Source: Candidatus Falkowbacteria bacterium (GTDB lineage Bacteria > Patescibacteriota > Patescibacteriia > UBA11705 > JABHMO01). Taken from it: 64,000 nt of DNA. Positions 1 to 9,768 of the stretch are shown piece after piece (positions within the stretch are counted from its first letter, which is position 1; each line of letters starts with the position of its first letter). The DNA is taken from contig JABHAL010000015.1 of the NCBI GenBank assembly GCA_018674305.1, positions 30,683-94,682 of the forward strand. The letters are read 5' to 3'. Made by a program: the position numbers and the translations under genes. Under the pieces are notes generated by a model, which worked only from the letters and a program-made list of their open reading frames with translations, was not told the origin of the DNA and made no database searches.

Positions 1-10
1 TCAAGTTTAT

Positions 11-850
11 ATGGTAAATCAGGCTACAGCAAATTTATACAACTACACACCACATATTCATGGTAATTATGTTTTTTGGAAAATCTGGAATAACTGGTTC
101 ACGCAAAAATATCCAGACGAGTCGATGCTACAGGCAGAGGGAGAGGCTGGAGTTTGGCTAATTGACAACGGAGTACGCAGGCCGTTTTTTAGCAAAAGCG
201 CCTTGATTTCTCGTTATGATATTGCTAATGTAATTTCAGTGAGCAAAGCTGAACTTGAAAAGTATGAAATTGGTCATCCGATTAAATTTTCTAATTACTC
301 TATATTAGAAACTCCAATGGGCAATGTGTTTTTGCTGGTAGATAACGAACTTCGAAAGTTTGCTGACGCTGAGGTTTTAAGATTACTTGGGTACAATCCT
401 GAAGAATTTGAGTTCTTGAGTTTAAGTGATTTTGCAAAGTATGATCTAGGTGAACCAATTACTATGCAGAGTGCTTATCCAACTGGCTCATTGCTACAAA
501 ATAATCAAACCGGTGGCGTTTATTATGTTCAAGATGGATTAAAACATCCAATTATAACTAAGGATATCTTGAAGCTTAATTATCCTCAATATAATTTAAC
601 GCAAGTTTCGCCTGAGGAATTATCTAAATTTCCGAATCAGGACCCAGTTAAATTAAAAAATGGAATTTTAGTAAAGGCAGAGTCAGGTTCCGCAGTATAT
701 GTTATTTCTAATGAACAAAAAAGACCAATTGTTTCAGGTAGTGTCTTTGAAAAACTGGGATATAGATGGGAAAATGTTCATATAGTTGATGAGAAAAGCT
801 TATCAAATTTAGAATTGGGTGCTGTCGTCGACCTTGATTTTAAAAATTAA
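11..850 (+). CDS. Putative surface/secreted protein with repeated beta-rich modules; 5'-truncated by the window edge
   Basis: Frame is open back to the window start; about four repeats of the type G.L....(G)VY.I.NG.K(R/H)PI, common in CPR envelope proteins. Confidence 0.55.
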   Translation: MVNQATANLYNYTPHIHGNYVFWKIWNNWFTQKYPDESMLQAEGEAGVWLIDNGVRRPFFSKSALISRYDIANVISVSKAELEKYEIGHPIKFSNYSILETPMGNVFLLVDNELRKFADAEVLRLLGYNPEEFEFLSLSDFAKYDLGEPITMQSAYPTGSLLQNNQTGGVYYVQDGLKHPIITKDILKLNYPQYNLTQVSPEELSKFPNQDPVKLKNGILVKAESGSAVYVISNEQKRPIVSGSVFEKLGYRWENVHIVDEKSLSNLELGAVVDLDFKN

Positions 851-869
851 TGTTTAAATAAATTTCAAT

Positions 870-1658
870 ATGCTCGTATTTTCAGCAATCGTGCCACATC
901 CTCCGATATTGATTCCATCAATCGGCAAGGAAAATATAAAAAAATTAAAAAAAACCATTCACGCTTTGGACATTTTAGAGCAGGACTTAAATGATGCTAA
1001 ACCTGATACTTTGATTGTAATCACTCCGCATGGTGATATTAATTTTGATGCTTTTACTATTAATACTAACCAAAAGTATACAGCTACGTTTGAAAAGTTT
1101 GGTGAATTTTCTACCAAACAAGAGTTCAAGTCAGATCTTGGTTTCATAAATCAACTCAAAGGTGCAAATGAAGTTGAATTGCCAATCCAATTAATTTCAG
1201 AGTCAACTTTGGATCATGGCGCCTCAGTTCCCTTATACTATTTGACTCGCAAAAATCCAGATTATCGAATTGTTCCAATGACTTACAGCTTTTTGAATTT
1301 TCAAAAGCATATAGAATTTGGTGAAGTTTTGAAGGAAGCTATTTATAGTTCAGATAAAAAATATGCCATAATTGCATCTGGTGATTTATCACATCGTCTA
1401 AGTATGCAGGCGCCAGCAGGTTTTTCGCCAAAAGCCAAAGAGTTTGATAAAAAATTAATTCAACTTTTGAAAAAGAAAAGTGTTGAAGGTATCCTAAACA
1501 TGGAACCAGCATTCATCGAAGAAGCTGGTGAGTGTGGATTGCGATCGTTTTTAATTATGCTTGGCGCTATCAAGAATATGAGTTATGATTTTGAAGTATT
1601 GAGTTATGAAGCGCCGTTTGGAGTTGGGTATTTAGTGGGTTCAGTTAAATTCAAGTAA
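870..1658 (+). CDS. AmmeMemoRadiSam system protein B-like (MEMO1/LigB class III dioxygenase fold)
   Basis: PHPP, TPH, DHG..VPLYY, IASGDLSH, GECG and YEAPFGVGY motifs. Confidence 0.85.
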   Translation: MLVFSAIVPHPPILIPSIGKENIKKLKKTIHALDILEQDLNDAKPDTLIVITPHGDINFDAFTINTNQKYTATFEKFGEFSTKQEFKSDLGFINQLKGANEVELPIQLISESTLDHGASVPLYYLTRKNPDYRIVPMTYSFLNFQKHIEFGEVLKEAIYSSDKKYAIIASGDLSHRLSMQAPAGFSPKAKEFDKKLIQLLKKKSVEGILNMEPAFIEEAGECGLRSFLIMLGAIKNMSYDFEVLSYEAPFGVGYLVGSVKFK

Positions 1659-1748
1659 ACCAGTTAGCACCGAATCCTCTCTAGATTGTTATTCCGGAAT
1701 GAAGTTTTAGGGTTTTATAATTTATAACAAAATATCATTTAAAAAAGA

Positions 1749-1780
1749 AAAACGCGCTTATGGATTCATTAGCGCGTTTT
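1749..1780. terminator. Bidirectional intrinsic terminator
   Basis: aaaacgcgct-loop-agcgcgtttt hairpin between convergent genes. Confidence 0.75.
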
Positions 1781-1811
1781 GTGTTTTGTACATTCATCAA
1801 CAATGGCAGAA

Positions 1812-2033
1812 TCAGTCATTCGTCGTCTCCTCTTGTTTTTTTTCGTATTCTTCGATTGAGACAAATACAGGAAAAAGACCTTTGGATTTTGGGAGTTCAG
1901 CGTCGTTGCGATCATACGCAATGAAGCCCGTTCTTTTTGACTGATACTCTAGATTGTCGTACATTGAGAATGGCATGTTCCCGATGAATTTTTCACCGGT
2001 TTTGGCTTCTGGATGATCTTCACTTCGAAACAT
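1812..2033 (-). CDS. Small hypothetical protein (stand-alone cassette)
   Basis: 73-aa ORF with AAAGGAGG RBS, TTGACA-17-TATGTT promoter upstream and a terminator downstream. Confidence 0.7.
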   Translation of the reverse strand: MFRSEDHPEAKTGEKFIGNMPFSMYDNLEYQSKRTGFIAYDRNDAELPKSKGLFPVFVSIEEYEKKQEETTND

Positions 2034-2174
2034 CTTATCCTCCTTTGATTTAGATAATACGAAGATTCCTTATAACATATCAAAATAATTGGTGTTTGTC
2101 AAGGATTAGTCCTGATTTGCTTCTAAATTTACATAAATATTTGTTTTATCTGTGGGAAGTGCTATAATGAAAAT

Positions 2175-4043
2175 ATGCAAAAAGTAGCTCAAATAATACC
2201 CCATAAAAAATTGCCTCGTAGCATGCATTATTTTGATTATTCAATTCCTAAAAATCTAGAATTAGTGCCTGGTCAAATTGTTAATGTACCATTCAAAAAG
2301 AGTGAGATGTTGGGAATTGTGCATAGTTTGAAAGATAAATCAGAATTCAAATATATCAAAGAGGTTATCAGTTTGGAACCCAAAATAAAATCTTTAGTAC
2401 CCTATCAGTTGGAATTTATTAATTGGTTTAGCCAAAATTATTATTATTCAAAAGGGTCGACTTTGGATTTGTTATTGCCACACATGCCTAAACGTAAAGT
2501 AAAGGTAGTTGATAAAAAATTAGAAATCCCAGTTTCTGAGTTGAAGGAAAATCAAGAGGTTAAGGATTTAGCTGAAAAAATTAGCAAATCAAAGACTCGT
2601 AATTTTTTATTATTTCCTTTCGATATTAATTTAAAGAGGTGTTTATATTTAAATTTGATACAGGATATTGTAGCGCAAGAAAGGCAAATTTTGATATTGT
2701 TTCCACAGGTTTACAAAGTTCATGAATTCTATGCTCACTTGAGTCCTGAATTACGTAAACAAACCGCAGTATTAACTTCTGATTTGTATACTTCCAAGGC
2801 GCGTTATTTCACAGCTTGGCAGAAAATAAAATCTGGTGAAAGTAAAATTATTTTGGGTACCCGTTCTGCGGTGTTTGCGCCATTGTCTAAATTGGGAACC
2901 ATTATTTTGGATGACGCTCATAGTGATGATTACAAGCAATGGGACCAAAATCCCCGTTATGAAACTCAAAAGGTTGTTCAAAAAATTCAGGAAATAACCA
3001 ATTGTAAATTGATTTTATCATCATTAACTCCCAGGGTTGAAGACAGTTACTTGGCGAAAGAACAAGATTATAAGTACATCTCCTTGGGAAAAAAAACAGC
3101 ATCAGAAATCAAAATTATTGATCTAAAGAGAGAGCGAGAAAAATCATTTACTTATTTGTCAGATGATTTATTGAATTCAATTAAAATAGCAAACAAAAGT
3201 TTGTTAATTGTAAATAAACTTGGTGAGTATAGTTATTTCTTTTGCGAAGACTGTGGATTTGAGGCTACTTGTCCTGAGTGTAAATTACCTTTAACGGTTG
3301 AAAATAATCAATTGTCTTGTTACCGCTGTGGTATAAAACAGTCTGTCTATTTGAACTGTCCTAAATGTCGCAGTGTGAAGTTGAAAAAGCTTGGAATCGG
3401 GTTACAGCAAATAAAAGAGCAATTGCGAAATGTTTTGGGTGCTGAAGTTTGTGATTTAACCCAGGATGAGAATAGTTCGACCGCTAAGATATTGATTTCT
3501 ACTGGTCAGCAAATTAAGACAAAGCATTTTCAAAATTTAGAGTTACTGGCTTTTGTATATATAGATAGTTTGGCCTACTTGGCTGACTTTAATTCCAATT
3601 TTAAATTGTATAGTTTTCAACAAGAATTAATTCATCGTGCCGTTGGCGCAAAAGTTATTGTGCAAACTTGTTTTCCTGAGAATCTAGCGTTTCAAAGTCT
3701 AAATCAAGGTTATGATTATTTCTATAAACAAGAGATTGATAGTAGAAAAACATTTGGCTATCCCCCATTTGCAACACTGATAAAGTTATTTTTTGATCAT
3801 CATGATAAAACAGTTTGCGAAAGAGAAGGTTCGAATTTTCACAAGCAAATTAATTCATTGATTACCCAAAACAAAGGCAAGATTAGTGAGCCATATTTAC
3901 ATTATCGACAAAAAGTTCGAAAACGGTTTCGTTGTCAAATGGCGATATTTTTACCTGAGCTTGATCTTTCAGTTGAAAATGAGATTTTAGCTCAGGTAAC
4001 AGAGCATTGGACTATTGACAAAAGCCCGATTGACCTGTTATAG
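2175..4043 (+). CDS. priA: Primosomal protein N' (PriA) with degenerate helicase motifs
   Basis: N-terminal FDY..P...PGQ.V.VPF 3'-binding domain, GTRSAVFAP, YKQWDQNPRY, four CxxC pairs, YPPF C-terminal domain; upstream of def-fmt. Confidence 0.9.
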   Translation: MQKVAQIIPHKKLPRSMHYFDYSIPKNLELVPGQIVNVPFKKSEMLGIVHSLKDKSEFKYIKEVISLEPKIKSLVPYQLEFINWFSQNYYYSKGSTLDLLLPHMPKRKVKVVDKKLEIPVSELKENQEVKDLAEKISKSKTRNFLLFPFDINLKRCLYLNLIQDIVAQERQILILFPQVYKVHEFYAHLSPELRKQTAVLTSDLYTSKARYFTAWQKIKSGESKIILGTRSAVFAPLSKLGTIILDDAHSDDYKQWDQNPRYETQKVVQKIQEITNCKLILSSLTPRVEDSYLAKEQDYKYISLGKKTASEIKIIDLKREREKSFTYLSDDLLNSIKIANKSLLIVNKLGEYSYFFCEDCGFEATCPECKLPLTVENNQLSCYRCGIKQSVYLNCPKCRSVKLKKLGIGLQQIKEQLRNVLGAEVCDLTQDENSSTAKILISTGQQIKTKHFQNLELLAFVYIDSLAYLADFNSNFKLYSFQQELIHRAVGAKVIVQTCFPENLAFQSLNQGYDYFYKQEIDSRKTFGYPPFATLIKLFFDHHDKTVCEREGSNFHKQINSLITQNKGKISEPYLHYRQKVRKRFRCQMAIFLPELDLSVENEILAQVTEHWTIDKSPIDLL

Positions 4044-4182
4044 TTATGTTTAAATTACCCTAATTGTTCTAATTAATCTAAAATGAACAAACCCCAATTC
4101 AAACGTTTGTTTTGGAGTTGTAGCTTTGAAATTGTTTATAATAATTTCCTTTTGTGTTTATTTTATGGTTTAATATTAATAT

Positions 4183-4641
4183 ATGATTAAAGAGATCGTC
4201 ACTCATCCAGATGACAGGCTAAGAGAAAAGTCTAAAGACGTAAGTTTGGGTGAAATAACAACTGAAAAGTTTAGTCAATTAGTAAAAGATATGACTGAAA
4301 CTATGAAAAAAAAAGACGGAATTGGCTTGGCTGCTCCGCAAATTGGAGTTGGAAAAAGAGTGGCTGTAATTAATTCAAAAAATGGAGTCATTATTTTTGT
4401 TAACCCAAAAGTTGTACGGAAGTCATTTCTTAAAGATATAGATGAAGAAGGTTGCTTAAGTGTTCCAGGTAAATATGGCAAAGTTAAGCGTTGCCGAAAA
4501 ATAACTGTTCGCTTTGACGATGGCCAGGGTCAAAAAAATACAATTGTAGCCAGAGGGTTATTTGCTCGAGTCATACAACACGAGCTTGATCATTTAGATG
4601 GAATTCTTTTTATTGATAAGTTAGTCAAATCCAAAAAGTAA
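4183..4641 (+). CDS. def: Peptide deformylase
   Basis: GIGLAAPQIG, EGCLS and QHELDHL motifs. Confidence 0.97.
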   Translation: MIKEIVTHPDDRLREKSKDVSLGEITTEKFSQLVKDMTETMKKKDGIGLAAPQIGVGKRVAVINSKNGVIIFVNPKVVRKSFLKDIDEEGCLSVPGKYGKVKRCRKITVRFDDGQGQKNTIVARGLFARVIQHELDHLDGILFIDKLVKSKK

Positions 4642-4643
4642 AC

Positions 4644-5591
4644 ATGATAAATGAAAAACAAATCAAGATAGTGTTTCTGGGATCAGCAACTTTTTCTGTT
4701 CCAATTTTAATGGAATTAATAAAGCGATATACGGTTGTGTCTGTGGTAACAGAAATTGATAAACCAGGAGGTCGGGGCTTGGAAATTGTTTCGCCTCCAA
4801 CAAAAGCTTTATCTCAACAACAAGGTATTCCAGTTTATCAACCGTTAAGTCTACAGAAAAACCCAAAACTTTTGGAAAAATTAGCCGGTTTAAATCCAGA
4901 TCTCTGTGTGGTGGCAGCCTACGGTAAAATATTGCCATCCGAATATTTAAACTTTACTCGGCATGGGTGTTTGAATGTGCATCCTTCACTGCTACCAAAG
5001 TACCGAGGCGCTTCTCCGATTCAGAGCGCTTTTTTAAATTCTGACATAGAAACTGGTTGCAGTATTATTTTAATGGATGAAGGCATGGATACTGGCGATA
5101 TTTTGGTTCAAAAAAGCGTACAAATTGATCCTGATTGGGGCTATAGAAAGCTGGAGCAAAAACTGTCTTTGTTGGGGGCTCAATTGTTGGCGAAAAGGAT
5201 CCCAGATTATATTAAGGGTAATCTTAGTTTTGATATTCAGGATGATCATAAAGCAAGCTTTTGTTACAAGGTATCAAAAGAAGACGGCTTGATTAATTGG
5301 GCTCATTCTGCGAAAAAAATCATTGGAAAGGTTAAAGCATTTGAAGTTTGGCCTGGAAGTTATACATATTTCGGAAATAAAAAATTGGACATAATTAATG
5401 CCCAAATAGCAGAGATCCCCAATGAAAAGGTTGACTTGGGTAAAGTTATGAAACAAAATGGAAAAATTTTCGTGAGAACAGGTTCAGGTTTTATTGAGTT
5501 GTTTGAAGTTAGGCCTGAGGGTAAAAATAAAATGTCAGTTAAGGATTTTATAAATGGACATCAGGATTTTGTGGGTTCTGTCTTGGGGTGA
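4644..5591 (+). CDS. fmt: Methionyl-tRNA formyltransferase
   Basis: NVHPSLLPKYRGASPIQ, MDTGDI; follows def. Confidence 0.96.
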   Translation: MINEKQIKIVFLGSATFSVPILMELIKRYTVVSVVTEIDKPGGRGLEIVSPPTKALSQQQGIPVYQPLSLQKNPKLLEKLAGLNPDLCVVAAYGKILPSEYLNFTRHGCLNVHPSLLPKYRGASPIQSAFLNSDIETGCSIILMDEGMDTGDILVQKSVQIDPDWGYRKLEQKLSLLGAQLLAKRIPDYIKGNLSFDIQDDHKASFCYKVSKEDGLINWAHSAKKIIGKVKAFEVWPGSYTYFGNKKLDIINAQIAEIPNEKVDLGKVMKQNGKIFVRTGSGFIELFEVRPEGKNKMSVKDFINGHQDFVGSVLG

Positions 5592-7081
5592 AGTATCGGA
5601 ATCAATGTTAATAAAATTAGTAAATATCCAATACCAAGTGGATGGTTTAGATAAGGGCTGAAGCCGTGAACAATAATTAGTGAAAATAGGCCGAACATTA
5701 AACCAAGAATCAGAGCGCGAACATAGCGGTCTGTGTTTTTTTTGTGTAAATCCCAAAGTTTTTTGAAAATTGAAATTAACAAAGTTAGGTAAATGATTAA
5801 TCCTAACAAACCAATCTTCAGCAGGAAGTCTAAATATCCCCACTCAAAAGCATAAGTTGTATACCAACCATGCGGATTTTCTTCATTCAAAATTCGAGGA
5901 TCTTGACTTTGATAAGTTACAGTAGTCCCCCAGCCAGAGCCAATTATGGGATGCTTAATGATTTTTTTCGACAATTTGGGTAGTTGGCTCCAGCGACTAG
6001 AAACAGCATTGTCTGAAATTGAAATTCGATCTGTTATCATAGAGCCGGAAGTGGAAAAGCCGTTTCCGAAAGAAATTGGTATGTTGATTATAGTAATAAT
6101 TAAGGCGTAACTTAGGAGTGTTATAAACGTTAGACGAATAATTAACGCGGCTAGTCGACTCTTTTTTTGTTTGACTATAAATGTGGCGACTATTAGCAAT
6201 AAAATAAATCCAAGAAATAAACCAACCCAATAGCTTCGAGAAAGGCTAAGGATGATTGTACTAAGTAATAGGAAAAGTACTACAGATAAATATTGATTAT
6301 TTTTGACGCGGTAATTTGATTTGCCTTTGAAAAATAAATAACTTAATAATATGAAAAAGCCGATCAGAATAAAGATTTGTGATTGAGAAAATATTCGATA
6401 AAAATTATTACTGAGCAAGGTGAATTCTCCCCATCTTGTGTCTCTGCCCCAGCGATAAAAATCACGCAGTATGCTTAATTTATGTGAGAAAATAAATAAA
6501 ATGAATATTGATTTTAGGCTAATAGCAATAATGCTTGCTGTAAAAACTTGTAAAATCTGATTTAAGTGTTTTTGGGTTTTGAAAATAGTCAAAAATGGAA
6601 GGAAATATAAAAAGTATAACCAGGCATTGAAATCCAAAAAGATATCTTTTAGTGAATTTTGTCGGAACAAAGCAAATGCCAATGCCCATAAGCATATTGC
6701 TGCTAAATAGATTAACTCTTTATGACTTTTAATTAAATTTACAGTTGAGCGATAAGTCTTTTTTCGAATTGTCCAAATTAACCAAGCTAGCATAACCACG
6801 GTAAAAATCCCGATACGAATTGAAATAGCAAAATTGCCAATATTTAAATTAAACAAATGGCCCTGGGCGCCAATGAATAATTCAGTCAAAGCAGCTAACA
6901 GTCCAAGTTTTAAATCCTTTAAACTGATTAAAAAAATCACTGAAATTATTATAACGAAAACAATTGCTTGTATGTCGAAAACAATTTTATACCAATAAAC
7001 AAAAAAAGACAGTAATTCTGTCAGAATAATAAATAAAATGGTTAAGCGAAAGGTTGAGCCGAAAAACTTAAGTTTCACCAT
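5561..7081 (-). CDS. O-antigen ligase/Wzy_C family polytopic membrane protein
   Basis: Many TM segments; LSLSRSYWVG, R...W..., HPIIGSGWG and K.GLLG motifs; start could also be 7090. Confidence 0.75.
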   Translation of the reverse strand: MVKLKFFGSTFRLTILFIILTELLSFFVYWYKIVFDIQAIVFVIIISVIFLISLKDLKLGLLAALTELFIGAQGHLFNLNIGNFAISIRIGIFTVVMLAWLIWTIRKKTYRSTVNLIKSHKELIYLAAICLWALAFALFRQNSLKDIFLDFNAWLYFLYFLPFLTIFKTQKHLNQILQVFTASIIAISLKSIFILFIFSHKLSILRDFYRWGRDTRWGEFTLLSNNFYRIFSQSQIFILIGFFILLSYLFFKGKSNYRVKNNQYLSVVLFLLLSTIILSLSRSYWVGLFLGFILLLIVATFIVKQKKSRLAALIIRLTFITLLSYALIITIINIPISFGNGFSTSGSMITDRISISDNAVSSRWSQLPKLSKKIIKHPIIGSGWGTTVTYQSQDPRILNEENPHGWYTTYAFEWGYLDFLLKIGLLGLIIYLTLLISIFKKLWDLHKKNTDRYVRALILGLMFGLFSLIIVHGFSPYLNHPLGIGYLLILLTLIPILHPKTEPTKS

Positions 7082-7083
7082 AG

Positions 7084-7527
7084 TTAACAAGAATAAAGTT
7101 GATAAAATGGGTTTTTTGCATTATCACAAATAAAACAACTGTGATCTAGTAGTGTTCTTAAGGTTTCATTCAAATTAATGCTTTTGTTAGAAAACTGTTT
7201 AATCGTTACATCAATAATTAAATCATCAACCTGAATCCAGTGATGAGATAGCGGATAATTGCCAAACATTCCTTTGTGAACCATTGCAGTTTCCTGCTGG
7301 TTATTGAAAATAATTCGATTCAGATATTTAGCCAGCTTTTGGTGATGCAGTTCAGCAAGGCCACTGACATGAAAAACTGAACAAGGTTCGCCCGCGATGA
7401 TTGTTTTTTGTTGATTGTCGATAATGTATTCTTCAATTGCCTGCTTTAAATCAGATAGAATTTCTAGGTTTTGTATTACATCAACAATGGGCTCATGCGT
7501 AATTTGATTTTCTTTAATTAAGATCAT
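7084..7527 (-). CDS. Hypothetical protein, possible transglutaminase/papain-like fold
   Basis: Cys (GEPC) followed by HHW....LIIDVT..QF. Confidence 0.45.
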   Translation of the reverse strand: MILIKENQITHEPIVDVIQNLEILSDLKQAIEEYIIDNQQKTIIAGEPCSVFHVSGLAELHHQKLAKYLNRIIFNNQQETAMVHKGMFGNYPLSHHWIQVDDLIIDVTIKQFSNKSINLNETLRTLLDHSCFICDNAKNPFYQLYSC

Positions 7528-7543
7528 ATTGTTATAAAAGAAT

Positions 7544-8434
7544 TTAAATTTTTGATTGAGGGCGTGGTTTAATTCTAAACATTTGAGTAATGAAGGTCAG
7601 AATATAGCTTAAAGGTTGCAGTAATAGAAGTATAACATACGACCACATAGAATGATTCTTTCGGAAATAAGTCAACATTCCTTTGTTGAATCGTTTTTGT
7701 TTTTTTAGTCCAAAGGTTTGAGCAAAACTTTTACCTTCATAATGTACAACTTCAGTGATCGGTAGGTAAACTAGATCATGTCCTAGTTCTTGGACATCTT
7801 TGCATAGTTGTAGGTCTTCCCACCAAATCCAGTAATCTTCATCCCACCCTTCCATTTTTGCCATTATTTCTTGGCGTGTGAAGACAAACGCGCCCATAAT
7901 CTGTTTGACGTATGATTTTTGTGTATAATCAAAATCCTTTTGTAGATATTTTTTCAAACATGGTAAAAATCCTAAAAAATGGTGCAGTTTTAGTAGAATT
8001 AATATTTGACTGCATAAATCTGGATTGATTTTAATATTTGGTTGAGTAGTTTTATCTCCATATAGTAAACGACAGGTGCAAATACCAACATTGGGTGTTT
8101 TTTTCATAAACGAATGTAATTTCTGAAAACTGTTTTCCAAAAGTTCCATGTCTGGATTCATAAATAAGACATACTTACCTTGACTCATTTTTAGGCCTTG
8201 ATTGTTGGCTTTTCCAAATCCTGCATTGTGCTTGTTGTCAATAATTTTCAGTTTTCCAGACTTAATCCAGGGTTTATAGTATTTATGAAGAGATTCTACT
8301 GTACCGTCCTTGGAGTCATTATCAACTACGATTACTTCATATTCAATGTCATCGGTAAACTGAAAAATTGAGTCAAGTAATCGACTCAATAAATCGCGAA
8401 CATTCCAGCTGACAGTGATGATTGATAAGTGCAT
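7544..8434 (-). CDS. Glycosyltransferase family 2 (WbbL/rhamnosyltransferase-like)
   Basis: VVDNDSKDG, NAGFGKANNQG, FMNPD, WDEDY..WWED. Confidence 0.9.
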   Translation of the reverse strand: MHLSIITVSWNVRDLLSRLLDSIFQFTDDIEYEVIVVDNDSKDGTVESLHKYYKPWIKSGKLKIIDNKHNAGFGKANNQGLKMSQGKYVLFMNPDMELLENSFQKLHSFMKKTPNVGICTCRLLYGDKTTQPNIKINPDLCSQILILLKLHHFLGFLPCLKKYLQKDFDYTQKSYVKQIMGAFVFTRQEIMAKMEGWDEDYWIWWEDLQLCKDVQELGHDLVYLPITEVVHYEGKSFAQTFGLKKQKRFNKGMLTYFRKNHSMWSYVILLLLQPLSYILTFITQMFRIKPRPQSKI

Positions 8435-8493
8435 ATTTAATTAATGACCAATTGATCAATTTTCCAAATAATAATTAATTACAAAATTACCAA

Positions 8494-9714
8494 TTACTTA
8501 ATTTCCAATTTATTAAACATTAATTCAGTCATTTTCTCTACTCTAGCGCGCCATGAGTGTTTTTTGACCGCATTTCGACGTTTAGCTGTTAGTTCAGGGC
8601 TATCTTCAGCAATTGCTTGATCAATAAAATCAGAAAACTTATCATGGTCATTAGTTATATACATTAAATCCTTAAACATATCAACCCCGGCGCCTTTGGT
8701 GGTTACAACTGGTTTACCGCAAGCTAAGTATTCGTACATTTTCATTGGGTTGGTTGATTTTATAAAATTATTAATTTTATGTGGAATAATTGCGACATCG
8801 AATTTGTTAATGTAACTGGGTGCATCCTGATATTTAATTCGCCCGGTGGTAGTTATGTTTTTGTATTTGCCAAGTTTTTTATTGAATTCGTGCTTGACAA
8901 CTGGCCAGATTGGACCGCAAAGAACAATTTGTTTATCTTTGTGTTTTTTGGCAAGTGTGGCAATTAAATCAAAATCGAGTCGATCCTCTATCGTGCCAAA
9001 GTAACCAATGATTTTTCCTTCAAGTTTGTTTAATTCATTTTCCTTATCAATTTTTTCTGGATCATTAAACAAATCAAAATCCACTCCATTAGGAATCCAG
9101 TGTACGTCTTTGGTTCGATCCATTTCTTTATAAAAATCTTTGAGTTCGTCGGAGACTGTAAAAATCAAATTAGCTTTGTCCGCAATTTTTTTGTAATTAC
9201 GTCCGAGTCTACCCTTGCGCATCAATTTTGTGTATTGCGGGTGTTCAACCCAGTTATCCACAGTGTCGAAAATAAACATTTTTTCATTTAGTTTTCCAAT
9301 AAACTCAGTGAACATGGGATTGTATGACCAGAAAACTACATTATTGAGGTTCAACATTTTTTCTACACGTTTTAGTTCCCGCGCCACTTTTTTGAATGAA
9401 AATAATGAGTCGATGCTGGTGTAGGCGTAAATTTTATCAGTTCGTCTGTAACAAGCGCTGGTCAAATCACCGTAAACTATATCTGCAGTTCGGATTTCCC
9501 ACAATATATTTTGAAAATAATGTTTTACTGCTTTTTTCCAGCCGATCGGCAGAAAATCAACGCCAACTATTTTGCCGATGCGATCATCTTTTTCCAAGGA
9601 GTGTAGAATATTATAATTCCGATTTACAATGCCATGATCCCAATCAAAAAAGCTACTCATGTTGAACATGATGATATTTACTTTTTCATTGTCGTAACCG
9701 TAGATATCGGGCAT
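8494..9714 (-). CDS. GT-B glycosyltransferase (GT4, TuaH-like)
   Basis: IPNGVD, IGYFGTI..RLD, NPMKMYEYLACGKPVV. Confidence 0.88.
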   Translation of the reverse strand: MPDIYGYDNEKVNIIMFNMSSFFDWDHGIVNRNYNILHSLEKDDRIGKIVGVDFLPIGWKKAVKHYFQNILWEIRTADIVYGDLTSACYRRTDKIYAYTSIDSLFSFKKVARELKRVEKMLNLNNVVFWSYNPMFTEFIGKLNEKMFIFDTVDNWVEHPQYTKLMRKGRLGRNYKKIADKANLIFTVSDELKDFYKEMDRTKDVHWIPNGVDFDLFNDPEKIDKENELNKLEGKIIGYFGTIEDRLDFDLIATLAKKHKDKQIVLCGPIWPVVKHEFNKKLGKYKNITTTGRIKYQDAPSYINKFDVAIIPHKINNFIKSTNPMKMYEYLACGKPVVTTKGAGVDMFKDLMYITNDHDKFSDFIDQAIAEDSPELTAKRRNAVKKHSWRARVEKMTELMFNKLEIK

Positions 9715-9720
9715 ATTAGT

Positions 9721-9748
9721 TAAAAGTTGAAAGGTGAAAGTTGAAAGT
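9721..9748. repeat. Degenerate 7-mer tandem array (TGAAAGT x4)
   Basis: taaaagt tgaaagg tgaaagt tgaaagt. Confidence 0.7.
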
Positions 9749-9768
9749 TGTTAATCAATTTATTGAAA

